A stretch of 50,901 bases of DNA from Jimgerdemannia flammicorona (lineage: Eukaryota): the NCBI GenBank assembly GCA_003990765.1, contig RBNJ01000025.1:1-50901 (forward strand). Reading direction: 5' to 3'. The position numbers and the translations under genes were made by a program. Positions 12,872 to 25,449 of this stretch are shown here, in pieces (position 1 is the first letter of the stretch; each line of letters begins with the position of its first letter). The notes below the pieces were generated by a model. That model had not been told where the DNA came from, did no database searches, and was given only the letters and a program-made list of their open reading frames with translations.

Positions 12872-14196
12872 CAGCACCCTGCCAACGCGGCTCACATACT
12901 GCCCCCATCTACCAATGCAACTCACAAATTGCCATCATCTGTCAACGTCACTCACGGCTACCAACACTGAGCAATTAAAACCATTGTGGTCCAAACTTCT
13001 TGAAGTGGTTAGGGTCTTGTATGGTACGTTGCTTGGAAATTGTAACATGTACCAAGTGATAATATTATATCATGATATATACATCCCCAACCAACTTTAG
13101 CCATTATACATTTTTTGGAAGCAATTTTTTTCGGGCAACCTATTGTGGCAAACAGTTTGGTGCTGATTCTTGGATTCTTCTTGGCAATCCTATTCTCCAA
13201 GGCCACGGAGATCTTATGTCAATTTTCTGCAATTCAGGTAGTCAACCCTGCCTGCACGCCTACACCGTTTGTCGAAATACCTAATGTTCCCATATTTCTG
13301 AATGCCTATTTAGAGACCATGCAATCCTATGACCTTGTCCTTCATGAGAAATACTGTCAGGAGCTACTCAAAACTTAGTCAACGATGCTCGACCTCAAAT
13401 ATCAGGTCAAGCATTCGAACCTGAGCTCGACAAGGAGATTTTCGCAATTTCGTTGAATTCACTGTGGAAAGCCACGACCCAAGTGGTCTACAACATGATA
13501 ATGCTGGAGTCCGATGCGACTATCACTTTCGGCCTCTTCATCGAAAGCAGTCGGACGATTCAGTGGGCTTTGGCGCAACTGGAGAAAGGTAGCAATAAGA
13601 AGCTCCAGGTGAACTTGATGTCCATCTTTGAGAAAGTCGTGACCGATATGAATAATAACTTAGAAGTACTTGACCTCCAGGTGGGCACTGTTCTCAAAAG
13701 GTAGGTTTATCCACCCTTCGTAAGTTTGTTTATATCATCACGGCTGTTAGTCACTTGAGTTCTTGTCTGTTATTCATTTATGGACTCGTTTTGGTTGCAT
13801 TTCCTTCCCCACCCTGAACGCAGCTTCACGACCATGGAATCCTACCTCTTAGAAGCCTACGACATCTTCGTCATAGAAAATAACGTCCAGCACGAAATAA
13901 AGGCGTCTCTCGAAAACGTTTGAGCCACAGACCACGTGGCATACACCCTGCTTGCTGACATTCTCCAGCAGTTCGAGAGAGCACGCGTGGCAAGCGTGAA
14001 TGAGTTGGTACGCGTGTCCAACGCCCTCCGCAAATTCCGAAATCAAGTGGACACCAATCTCCGAAAAACCATTGCTGTTCTTTTGGAGAAGGGTATCGTG
14101 CGTATCCATGTCCAAATTGTCATTCAAGCCATTAGCGAACTTGAGGCCCAGTATAGGAAGATGAAGACAAATCGATATTGTATTAAAGGGGACTAA
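12872..14196 (+). pseudogene. Gene X moiety of chimera copy 1, disrupted
   Basis: Homologous exons (FFGQPIVANSLVLILGFFLAILF; LDLQVGTVLK; HVQIVIQAISELEAQYRK), with an in-frame TAG at 13376-13378 and further frameshifts. Confidence 0.85.
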
Positions 14197-15322
14197 GCAT
14201 ACGACAGTGGCGAAGCGATGTATTTTCTTCCAATAAAGAATTTTCGGATAGTAATAGACATTAGTCTGCGACGAAGCCGAGATTCTCCAAATATATGTGC
14301 CGTCAAGATTTCAATGGATGGCACTGGAAGGTAAGATCTTATGACTTGATTTTTACGTGAGTATCCTGATCTAATTGTGCTGTTTGGCAACACAGAAAGT
14401 CATTACAGGAGTGTAAATGGGGTAGGCGAGGAAGTAGTAACCAATTTGGTGTTGATATGATAGCGATATATTAATACGTATTACCTGTAGTAAGTTGTGA
14501 ACCATATTTACTCTATGAAGGTGCTTTAAAGTATGAAAAGATCACAAATGCCGTCCAAGAAAACCAAATTTCTATATACGTCATGGAGTAATTAAATACC
14601 AATCCGGGAATTGGGTTAAGAACCAAGTCACCATCTCAGATTCTACTTGTGCAACTCTGATGTTACCAATATTGGGTTGTGAGCCCACCTTTTTCGGTAA
14701 AATCTTGAATTCTTAAATTCCAACTAAATAATGGAGGGGTTTTAGGTCCGTCTGTCAAACCACAGGCCAAAAGACAGGCTGGGCGTTATTCCCTACGTTC
14801 GACAAGACCCAGGCGGAAGCAGCCCCCCACGCAGTAAGACCTACCCACGCACGAACTACAGGTACAGGGTCAGTGCAGGGGCCCTCTGTGTTTGGTATGC
14901 CCCAACGTACGACTTCGTGCTCAAACCGTAACAGTACTATATGTATGGGATAGAACTAATTTGTCTCCCAATCTGGACATGAGGCTGCGTCAACCGGACT
15001 TTGTAAATATTTTTTGGGGCCAGCACAACACCTAAAAGAGTTGTCTTTGTTCGAGACAAAACCAGTCACGGTCGCATATGACGGAAGCCCAGGATATTTA
15101 CGACATTTACAAGCAATAATGGCGCGCACACCGATTTCCGTACAGACAATTCAGACTTCGAAACTAAAACCCATAATCAGTAACTGCACAACGACGATTA
15201 TCTGCAGAATCTTTAAGTGCCGAAATACTAACTACAAACCGACATGTGGGTCACCTCTTGCGCCACAAAATTGTCAAAGATTCTCGCATTCTCCTCCACC
15301 CCCCCTCCTCCCCAAAAGAACT

Positions 15323-17732
15323 ATGGTCGAGATAGCCGACGTCCTCATCGCACAGATCAAGGAGCAGGGCGATAAGATTCATACTCTCAAGACACAAAAG
15401 GCCGATAAGCACATCATCAACGCCGAGGTTCTCGTCCACAACGACCTCAAGCAACAACTCGTGATGCTCAAGGCCAGTCAGCTGCCCACAGGGGACAACG
15501 CCGAGAAGAAGGAGAAAGAGGGGAATGGGTCATTTGCACTTAAAGTTCCAAAGGTACCCAACGGGAGGAGATGGGTGGGTTACGAGGGACGAAAACCGGG
15601 TTTTGAAATATAGAAACCGTAATGAAACTCTGATGTCGCTTTTATCCTCAACGCATTGTTCTGAAGACGCTGTGCGCTTTCTCCTGTGATTCTTTCAGGG
15701 GACAAAAGACTACAATGATATGGAAATGGCCATCTGCGAAAAGGTTTTCTCAACCATCACCTCCGTCTTCAAGCGTCACGGCGCCGTCACGATCGACACG
15801 CCTCTCTTTGAGCTCAAGGTAAGCACAGGCATGGGGTGGGTCCGTAGGTTTTGGCGCGTCATGAGAGCGTGTGCTTTGGTTCAGGATGTGTGGATGATAG
15901 CACAATTTGCTAATCTTTTCTCCTTTCTATTTTGATCTGCCTAATGTTGTCGTGGTATAGGGTAGTTACGATGAGGACAGAAAACTCATCTACAATCTTA
16001 AGGATCAGGGTGGCGAGGAGTGTTCCCTGCGCTACGATGTGTCGGTGAGTACGTTGATCTGATCTCACTTTAGTGATCCTCTCAATCTCAATCTCTCGCA
16101 ATACGTACCAACCAACTACGCCGACTTCGCTCCTGCTCCTCCTCGTTCTTCAGGTACCCTTCGTCCACTTCCTCGCCATGAATGGCAAGGAATACCAGAA
16201 CTTCAAGCGTTACCACATTACCAAAGTGCACCGCCGCGACCAGTCGGCGATGTCAAAGGACAAGATAACAGAGTCCTACCAATGCGTGAGCGATCCTTTT
16301 TTTTTTTTTGTTCTTGCATTAGGGCAGAAGTGACTTGGTTGATGTGCATACTGATTGATATTCGTCGGGCAGGATTTCGACATCGCCGGGACTTATGACC
16401 CCATGGAGCCTGACGCCGAGATCCTCAGGATCCTATGTGAGGCGTTAACGGCGCTGGACGTTGGAAAGTACACCGTCAAGGTATGTAGCCAATTGCGTTG
16501 AATTCCAATACAATTTTTATAAGTATTATTGTGTCCTCGCTCACACATATATCTATACCTGAAATTGCAGATAAACCACCGTAAGATCCTTGACGGCATC
16601 TTGGAGGTTTGCGGAGTTCCCGTCGACAAGATCAGGCCCATTTCCTCTGCTATTTGTAAACTCGACAAGGTACGTTACCGATTGGCCCCTCCATCATTTC
16701 TTCCTACCTTCCGAATAAGCGTTCCAATCCGTCTCCTCCAACCTTCTCCAATCACACAGCTTTCCTGGGAAGACGTCCGTAAGGAGATGACGGAGAAGGG
16801 CCTCTCAACCGAATCTGCCGATGCCATCGGCGAGTATGTTAAGCTCAAAGGCGGGCACGACCTGCTCAACCACCTCGTAGCGGATCGCCAACTCGTGGTT
16901 AACCCTAGTGCTAGAAAAGGACTCGACGATATGGCACTGCTATTCAGATACCTGGAGATACAGGGAGTGGTGGATAAGGTACATGCGCGGCCGTAGGAGA
17001 AATTTTATGCCGTTTGTGTGCGGATTTCTGACAAAATTTGTTTTGTAACGAATCATGTGTGGGGGGTTTTTTTTTTTTTTATGTCGTGTCAAAATAGATA
17101 TCGTTTGATCTGAGCTTAGCAAGAGAATTGGACTGCTACACAGGCATTATTTACGAGGCCGTGACGGAAAAATCTGCCCCGCCAAGTATGTCTCTCTACC
17201 ACCCTCTCTTCTCTTCTATCATCATCGTTTTACCAAACGCTGAGCATCGCTCACCCTCGGCCCCATTCCCTTCCCCCCTTCTCCAACCCACTTCCCTCGG
17301 TGCTCGCCGAAGATGAACGCCCTACCTCCAAGAAAGACACTGACGAACTAGACGAGTCGACGTTAGGGGCTGGGTCAATTGCAGCGGGTGGGCGGTATAA
17401 CGAGCTGGTGGGCATGTTGTCGGGAAAGAACAAGAACGGCGAGGCCAACTTGCGCATCCCCTGTGTTGGTGTCTCCATCAGCGTCGAGCGCGTTTTCATT
17501 ATCCTACTTGAAAAATACCGCACGGAGGAGATTAAGAGAAACGAGGAGAGGATAGCTGTCGCGACCGAGGTATGAGATAAATGAGGTTAATGTTGTTGTA
17601 ATGATGGGATTTGTGAGGAGCAGTTGCGTTATTTAGCTTAACTTACACTCTTGCATTATTCTCTCCGCCCAATAGGCAGAATACGTGTTTAAGGTGAAGC
17701 CGAATCCCCAGAACCAGATCGATGTTTGCGAC
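15323..17732 (+). pseudogene. HTS1: Histidyl-tRNA synthetase-derived sequence (copy 2), active-site degenerate; either a pseudogene or the 5' part of a chimeric gene
   Basis: Exons 15323-15553, 15699-15818, 15961-16044, 16154-16285, 16373-16480, 16571-16669, 16760-16978 and 17098-17185 are all open and in phase. The ancestral acceptor at 17299-17300 is mutated (AG to GG). Motif 2 reads RRDQSAMSKDKITESYQ and the HisA loop reads RELDCYTG. Confidence 0.85.
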
Positions 17733-19019
17733 CAGCACCCTGCCAACGCTGCTCACATACTGCCGCCGGCTACCAACTCTGAGGAACTAAGGTCATGGTG
17801 GTCCAAATTTTTGGAGCGATTCGGATCTTGTATGGTATGTTTGCTGGCAATTGTAACATGAACCAAGAAATAATATTATATCATGTGATGTCGATCCCTA
17901 ACCAACTTACGTTTGTATAAAAGATGTTTTTCAGGCAACCTATCGTGACAAACATTTTGGTGTTGATGCTCGGGTGCTTCTTGGCAATCCTATTCCTCAA
18001 ACCGACCGACGAATTATGCCAGTTTTCTGCAATGCAAGTGGTTATCCCTGCATGCAAGCCACCACCACTCGTCGAAATCCCTAACGTTTCCATATTCCTC
18101 AACGCCCACTTGGAGACTATGCAGACCTACGACCTGGCCCTTCGTGGGAATTACAGTCAGGAATTACTCAAAACTTGGTCAGCGATGCAAGACCTCGAGT
18201 CGCAGGTCAAGAATTCGGACTTGAGCTCGAACAACAGGGAGATTTTTGTAAATTCGTTGAATCTACTGGGGAAGGCCACGACTCAAGCGGCCTACAACAT
18301 GGAAACGCTGGAGGCCAAGGCGGCCACCACTTTCCGCCTCTTCATTGAACGCAGCCGGATGATCCAGCGGGCTCTGGTGCAACTGGAGAAGGATATCGAT
18401 GGGGAGAACCTGGCGAATTTGATGTCCGTCTTTGAGGATGCCATGATTGACGCGAACAATGGCATGGAAATCCTCGACCTCCAGGTGAACATTGTTCTAA
18501 AAAAGTAGGTTTCTCCACCCTCCGTAAGTCTGTTTAAATCACTATGGCTTTTAGTCACTATGGCTTATTGTCTGTTATTCATTTTTGTACTCGTTTTGGT
18601 TGCATTGCCTTACCCACCTTGAGCACAGCTTCATGACCATGGAATCGTACCTCAACGCTGCCCACGATATCTCCAACAAAGAGAAGAACGTGCAGCTCGA
18701 GAAAAGGGCGTCTTTCGGAAAGGGGACGTTTCTCGCAAACTTCTGGACCCTCTGGGGCACAGACCACGTTGCATACGCCCTACTCATTAACAACATGGAG
18801 ATCCTCCAGCAGTTCGAGGGAGCATGCGAGACACGCATGAATGAGTTGATACTCATGTCCAACGCCTTCCGCAAGTTCCGAGAGCAAGTGTACACCCTTC
18901 GCAAGAAAGTCAAGGCTCCTCTTTTGGAGAAGGGTAACGTGAGTATCCATGTCCAAATTGTCAATGAAGCCATTGACCGACTTGAGGTCCAGTATAGGAA
19001 GCACCAGGTATTGAATTGA
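17733..19019 (+). CDS. Gene X moiety of chimera copy 2 (open exons 17924-18504 and 18629-19019)
   Basis: Uninterrupted ORFs MFFRQPIVTNILVLMLGCFLAILFL... and FMTMESYL...QYRKHQVLN*, joined by a phase-2 GT-AG intron at 18505-18628. Confidence 0.65.
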
Positions 19020-19230
19020 AATGGAGAAGACAAATCGATATTGTACTAAAGGGGGTTAAGCATACTATAGTAGCGAAGAGATGTATTTTCTTTCACCTTT
19101 TGAAGCTTTATCGAATTTTAACAAGCTGATATGCCAAATTCCCTGTCACGACGGTGTAATGCTCCACAGAATAAAATCATTATTTCGGTACGACACCCAC
19201 GGTCCACTGTATCTGCCGTCTATGGGGGTG

Positions 19231-19273
<43 letters not shown>

Positions 19274-19279
19274 ATTGAG

Positions 19280-19850
19280 GTTTCAATTGGTTTTCAACAC
19301 TGCTTACAATAACAACGCATGCAAGGACTTTGGCACGGCGTACCGCGTAAATAAGGATGCGTGTTGCCAGGACAAGTCGAACAGCTTTAACGTAATTAAC
19401 AAGAAGGCAAAACGCCGCGATTGTGGTGGTGCGGCGCTTTCAATGGCTTCGGCCTATGCTGTGGTGGCTTCGGTACGTGGTACCTCCCCTCCCCTATGAC
19501 ATCGGTGCCCGCGGTCTTCCCTGCGCTGGCTTCGATGCGGTTCGGGTACGACCGTCTCAATAAGGATGGCCTCCTTAAGCAAAAGCTGTGCGATAATTAT
19601 GGTTTCGGCTACCACCAGTTTCGGCCTCTCCCCTTCGTATGCGGCTACGGCTGCGGTTATGGCGCCTGTAGCTCCAGTGCCCCATGCATGATAAGCTGCA
19701 ACACAGCTTGTAACCACGCCAATTAGTGCTGTAGCAACGGCGCATGTAAGAACCGTACGCGCATGGCGTACAATGTGTTCAAGAACTGCGATATGGACAA
19801 GGGTCACTGCTGCTTGTTAATGCCGGCCGAAAGGGATGACGGGTTGGCAT
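19280..19850 (+). pseudogene. Cys/Gly/Asn-rich low-complexity protein gene relic
   Basis: NNNACKDF...DACCQDKSNSFNVINKKAKRRDCGG, then a frameshift into CGAFNGFGLCCGGFG...CGYGCGYGACSS...CNTACNHAN*CCSNGACKN...GHCC. Confidence 0.5.
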
Positions 19851-20526
19851 TGTAAATAGAGAGTATTAGAGGAACGTGAAGAGGTTGTGTTCTTAGTTCA
19901 TAATCTCAGAAGACAAACGAATTCAGTGTCACAGAGTAGTGAAGTGGAATCTACCGACTTAATTGAATTTTCAAAATGCCACTGTTTAGTGAAGGGATTT
20001 GGTCAACCGCTAAGAGAGCTGGAGTGAGAATGATGGAGATGTACGATATTGGTTGTGCACGGGGAAAGATAGCATGGATGGGATGTGTTAATATCATCCT
20101 TCCTATTGATTTTTTGTTTGGTTAGCATTAAGGGTCTCGCCATGGTCATGGAGTATCAATCCGAGAATTGGGTTAAGAACCAAGTCACGATCTCAGATTC
20201 TACTAGTACCTTTTTGGTCAAATCTTGACGAAGCTCTGCATCTATAGTAAGATCTAACAAGGTCTGCCCCAAGCGAAATGGGCTCTCCATTTTCAAACAT
20301 TATGTCATCTGCTATTCGGAAGCGCACATTTTCTATTCGCTCCCGAGAGAACACATGCGATTGCGTCAACTAGGTGGCTGATCGGACGGACTCTGTTACA
20401 TCGTTTGGGAGGTTGTAACTTTGACGAAAAGATTGTGTGTATAGAATTAACGAATAGGTAGCTCCATGGATACGATCATGTTTTCAATACCATTCATGAC
20501 TCACAAGCTTGTGGTACGCCATAGTT

Positions 20527-20561
<35 letters not shown>

Positions 20562-20669
20562 ATGTGTGCAGCCGAACTGGCAACCTTAAATTTATAATAA
20601 GTACATTTGAGAAACCTATCGACAAACAAACTGTGCCACATGAAATGCTGGTCTCGTGAAATTAAATAA

Positions 20670-21318
20670 CTAGCGCGGATCTTTTTCGCTGACGACAATG
20701 GTGAGAAAATCCCACTTGCCCACGACGCCCTCCGAATTATCAACTACATGTTCAAATAAATGATAACGGTTGTCTGCCCACCGCCACTTTCCTTCTACGA
20801 ATGTTGGTATTTCAAAATCATTGCCCATGTTCCCAACTGCACGGTAGTTCCACCAAGTTTTAGCAAATGCACAGGTAAAGACACTGACATGGTGCTTACA
20901 TAGGGGACATGTAGTGTATTGCCTGTCACCCAACGTAAAGTTTTTGAAACCCCACCGAACGACGACGTTTTGCAAGTAGGCTTTGCAAGATTTGTTGGTA
21001 CATTTGCCTGAGAAAATGTGGTGGTTGTGGTGGGTTAGTATTTTTGAAACCCTTCCATAGCAGCTGTCATTTGAAAAAATCCTATCGGAGAATGGAAATA
21101 CCTTCCAGATTCAAACCGTAAAAAGCTCTCCTCCATTCAGGCGCGCTGCTGCCCCAGAGAATGGACCGTAGATTGTTGTCGTTACTGACATCGACGAAGG
21201 CTTCCTCTTCGCCTGGGCATATTCCTGGGCATACTCCCTTGGTCGAACCGTACAGAGAATCAACCAGATTTGGCAGCATAAAAAACAAAATAATGATCGC
21301 AATCAGAGGTGTTGCCAT
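20670..21318 (-). CDS. Gene Y copy 2: 184-aa Cys-rich protein, complement join(21102..21318,20670..21007)
   Basis: MATPLIAIIILFFMLPNL...WGSSAPEWRRAFYGLNLEG|KCTNKSCKAYLQNVVVRWGF...CPLC...TCAFAKTWWNY; canonical intron at 21008-21101; frame is open. Confidence 0.82.
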
Positions 21319-21768
21319 CTTTGCTGAGGGTGTTCGACGAAACTGCAGAGAGCGCATGGGGAAGTATAAGTTAACATTTCATGTCCGCGGCAGGAAAACT
21401 AAGGGTATTACTGTCTGTCGTGATGAAAGGAAAATATAATCTGGACAGTGGGTCGCCCACCTGTGTGATGCTATCGCCAAAGCAAAGCGCAGAAGACCAA
21501 TTGCGTGGACAGACGCAGTATTCAAAAAGAAAATGAACAAAACTATCCAAATTCGGTGACTGATGTGCCTGATTTGCTCCAGCTCCTACAAGGTTCCACG
21601 AGCCCCGGCTCCTACAATGTTCCCACGAGCACAATTGTTCACATGAGCCGGCTCCTACAATGTTCTGTGACTACAATATTCACATGACTCGTCGAAAGGA
21701 TTTGCCATAAAATAACGAAGTTTTTATTGCCAAGAATAATAGTGTCAATGATGGTGACCCTTAGTAAC

Positions 21769-23388
21769 ATGGCAGAGGCGAAGGACCCGAGTACAGTAAC
21801 CCAACAATCCCGAAAGACTCGTGGTATGTTGGTTAGAATTAGAATAACCCGAACAAGGATTGATCCTGCTGAGACTCACCTTGACATATGTAATGTCTTA
21901 TAGAGGTCAAAAACACACCGCCGACTCCCATACTGTCACCGTCTACAGAACTGCCGTTGCCACCGTCTACAGAACTGCCGCTGCCACCGTCTACAGAATT
22001 GCCCCTGCCACCGTCTACAGAACTGCCGCTGTCACCGACTACAGAACTGCCGCTGCCACCGTCTACAGAACTGCCGCCGCCTACCGACGCCACTGGCATA
22101 CTACCAACGTCTGCCAATGCCACTCATATACCGCCGCTGTCTCCCAACGACAGTCACATACCGCTCCCGTCTACCAACGCCCTGCAACTAAGGTCATGGT
22201 GGTCTTATTTTCTTAGAGAAGTTCTGGTCTTGTATGGTACGTTGTTTGGCAATTGGAATCAAGTGATAATATTGAATTATGCTATGTCTATCCCTAACCA
22301 ACTTTGGCTACTTCATGTTTTGTAGAAATGACGTTCTTCAAGCAACCTATCGTGACAAGGAGTTTGGTGCTGATGCTCGGGTGCTTCTTGGCAGTCGTGT
22401 TCCCCAAATCCACCGTCATCTTATGTCAAGTTCCTGTACTGCAAGTGGTTATCCGTGACTGCACGCCTCCACCGCTCGTCGAAATCCCAAATATTCCCAT
22501 ATTCCTCAACGCCCATTTGGAGACAATGCAGACCTACAACCTGGCCCTCCGTGGGAATTATAGTCAGGAGTTACTCAAAACTCGGTCGGCGATGCGCGAC
22601 CTCGAGTCGCAGGTCAAGCATTCGGACTTGAGCTCGAACAACAGGGAGGTTTTTGTAAATTCGTTGAATCTACTGTGGAAGGCCACGACTCAAGCGGCAT
22701 ACAACATGGAAACGCTGGAAGCCAAGACAGCCGTCACTTTTCGCCTCTTCATCGACCGCAGCCGGATGATCCAGCGAGCTCTAACTCAACTGGAGAAGGA
22801 TACCGATGGAAAGCTCCTGGCGAACCTGATGTCCATCTTCGAGGAAGCGATGACTGACGCGAACGATGGCATGGAAATCCTCGACCTCCAGGTGGGGACT
22901 GTTCTCAAAAAGTAGGTTCCTCCACACTTCCTAAGTTTGATTATGTCACTACAACTTTTAGTTACTCTATGATATCTTGTCTGTTATTCATTTTTGGTTG
23001 CATTGCTGAACGCAGCTTCGTGACCATGGAATCCTACCTCGCCGGAGCCTACGATGTCGCTGTCAAAGAGAAGAACGTACAGTGCGAGAAAAAGGCGTCT
23101 CTCGCAAAAGTCTGGGCCGACTGGGGCACAGACCATGTGCAACACACTCTGCTCGCTAACAACCTGAACATCCTCCAGAAGTTTGAGGGAGCACGCGTGG
23201 CGCACATGAACGAGTTGATACTCATGTCCAACGCCCTCCGCAAGTTCCGAGAGCAAGTGGACACCCTTCGCCAGACAGTCAAGACTCCTCTTTTGGAGAA
23301 GGGCATCGTGAGTAGCCATGTCCAACTAGTCAATCAAGCCATTAATGAACTTGAGGCCCAGTATAGGAAGTACCAGCAGTTGAATTGA
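21769..23388 (+). CDS. Gene X intact copy: ~448-aa protein with Pro-rich N-terminus, one hydrophobic segment and a long helical domain; join(21769..21823,21904..22236,22326..22911,23016..23388)
   Basis: Four exons with GT-AG introns sum to 1347 nt with no internal stop; an alternative ATG lies at 21748. Hydrophobic stretch SLVLMLGCFLAVVFP. It resembles, from memory, an uncharacterised fungal family with ...DL...VxxSDL... and ...LWxxxG...HxxxIxxxIxxL motifs. Confidence 0.82.
21936..22085 (+). repeat. Coding 24-bp minisatellite, ~6 copies (PPSTELPL)
   Basis: ccaccgtctacagaactgccgctg repeated in tandem within exon 2 of gene X. Confidence 0.92.
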
Positions 23389-25118
23389 GACGTAGAAGAA
23401 AAACCGACATTGTGTTAAAGAAGGGGCCAAGAATACGACACTAGCGAAGAGATGTATTTTCTTCCAATATATATATATATATATATATATTTCAAGTTGC
23501 TTTTTAAATATCACCTTTTGAAGCTTATCGCAATCAGAAAAAATTTACATGATGGCCGTGCAAATTGAATAATGTGATGTGAAATGGCTGTTGAATCTAT
23601 ATCCTCCTTGTCTCACGTTTCTCAATCTCCATGCTCTTATCTTACGATTTACTAAGCGAGTGGCGCTGTTGTAAAAAAAAAAATTATCGAATTTCGGCAA
23701 GCCGACAAGGCAAAATTTTGTCATTATGGCACAATACCTCACAGAATGAATACATTATTTCCGCATAAAACCCACGTTATATTGCGTTTCCTCTGCCATC
23801 TAAACTTTTTCTTTTTTTCTTTTTCCGAGACCCAAAAACAATCTGGATAGATGGTTCTCTTAGAACTGTTTCCGATCGGCGACAAGGATTTAACCAACCA
23901 TTTTAGCTTGAAACGTTAATAACGTAAATGTAATATAGTTATGAACGTAGTTCAAACTATGGCAAAGTGGCCGGAGCCGTTTAACATTCCTGTGGAACAA
24001 TTGCCGCTAACATTCATGCGGAACAACCATGCATTCCCCTGCGCCAGTCGGTTCCCCTGCTCCAGAAGCAACTTAGCGTCGATTTCAGATAGACGCCAGT
24101 TTCAGTTGTTTCAGCACGCAATGTCCTTCGTCAGCAGTTAAGCGTATAATACGCCAATAACTTGGCAATTAGTCGTAGGCAATTTCGCATTTCAAACTGT
24201 TTGCGCATCCCTCACACCCACCCCTCAGGGTTATATACAATAAACGGCCCAACGCGAATGGCGGGCCTCGGAAGCGTATGCTTCCATATAGCCAAAACCC
24301 ATCCACTTCATTCTTACATTTATTTTACGTATAGTTATTTACATTTTGCGGTTCACGTCTTCGTATTTATGCAAAGGACACTTTGCAGCATATGTAGATC
24401 AACGCCGGCTCCTACCATTGGAAAAGGTGGTATAAATTTTGCCCCAGTCTCTCCACTGCCTTGTCAATTTTTGCCGAAATGTAAATTAATACAGGGGTAC
24501 GCGTAAATGTCAATCGTGAGTATAGAGCGCGAGCGGCAAAACGGAATAGAGGGAGTGCGCGATTATGCTAGGTCCATGAAACGAGACATAGAATTCCGCC
24601 CTACGCCTGGCCGAAACCTAACGTACACTGGTTTCGATAAATCTGTGGCTTTGAATCACGTGACAACGTCACTCATGTTGACGTCATCAACAATCACATT
24701 GCCTTCCTGCCTGTGATCTTAAACGAGCTCATAGTAGAGTAATAATTCCAATCATTAGAAAGGACTCGAAAGTATGTGATTCTTCTGTGTATCGCACAGC
24801 TAGTCACGTGAACTCCGAAATTGGAATATCTCATTAATGATAGCCAAGAATGCATTTGCACAAGTCGCATCTGTATTGCTGCCCTGGCCATGGAGATATG
24901 ACAATATGTGGTTTTCACGTGGCCGATCGACACAGGCATTGCTTGTTTCGGACTGGGTTTCATCACCAACGGCTTGTGGCTTTTCCAACAACAAATGCCT
25001 GGCATACATTTAGTGTGCCAGTGGAGTTTTTATTTGTTTGGCGAGAATATCCAACATAATAAAAATATCAGTTTTCATAACTCCGAACTATCCTATACAA
25101 TTCATGACGTGCAAACCA

Positions 25119-25285
25119 CTCCACGCGCTGGTACAGCATCCTTAAATCCTCCTACTCCTCCCCCCATCGACATAGGGGCCATCGGAACAATCTTCGTCCT
25201 CTTTCCGCTCTGCCCTGGCCAGTCTGAGGTCGATCAAGTATTTTGTATTTGCGAGGTGTTAGCGCGTCCCGGGTGTTGCTAGTGC
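25119..25285 (+). pseudogene. Degraded CMGC (MAK/Ime2-like) protein kinase fragment
   Basis: tcc acg cgc tgg tac = STRWY, then ILKSSYSSP(frameshift)IDIGAIGTIF...PLCPGQSEVDQVFCICEVL. Confidence 0.7.
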
Positions 25286-25449
25286 CGATAGTGTATATGG
25301 GACCCGTGGCTGGGAGATAAGAAGAAAACAATTTACAAGGTTCGCGAGGAAAGAGCCGCTCGTGGAGGATCTGATGGCGAGGAGGAAATCTAGGACTAGC
25401 ATCAAGGGTGAGGACGAGGCCGCGGTCGCTGCGTTGGGGGCTTGCAGGG

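Larger units (their letters stand above)
9380..19090 (+). repeat. Tandem segmental duplication of ~4.9 kb (units ~9380-14230 and ~14245-19090)
   Basis: The upstream spacer (tctgcgacgaagccga; ggttaagaaccaagtcaccatctcagattctacttg), all HisRS exons and introns, and the gene X exons repeat colinearly. Confidence 0.93.
20280..25380. repeat. Right arm of the large inverted segmental duplication (partner ~140-4775)
   Basis: Colinear reverse-complement similarity to 140-4775 across genes and spacers. Confidence 0.93.
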
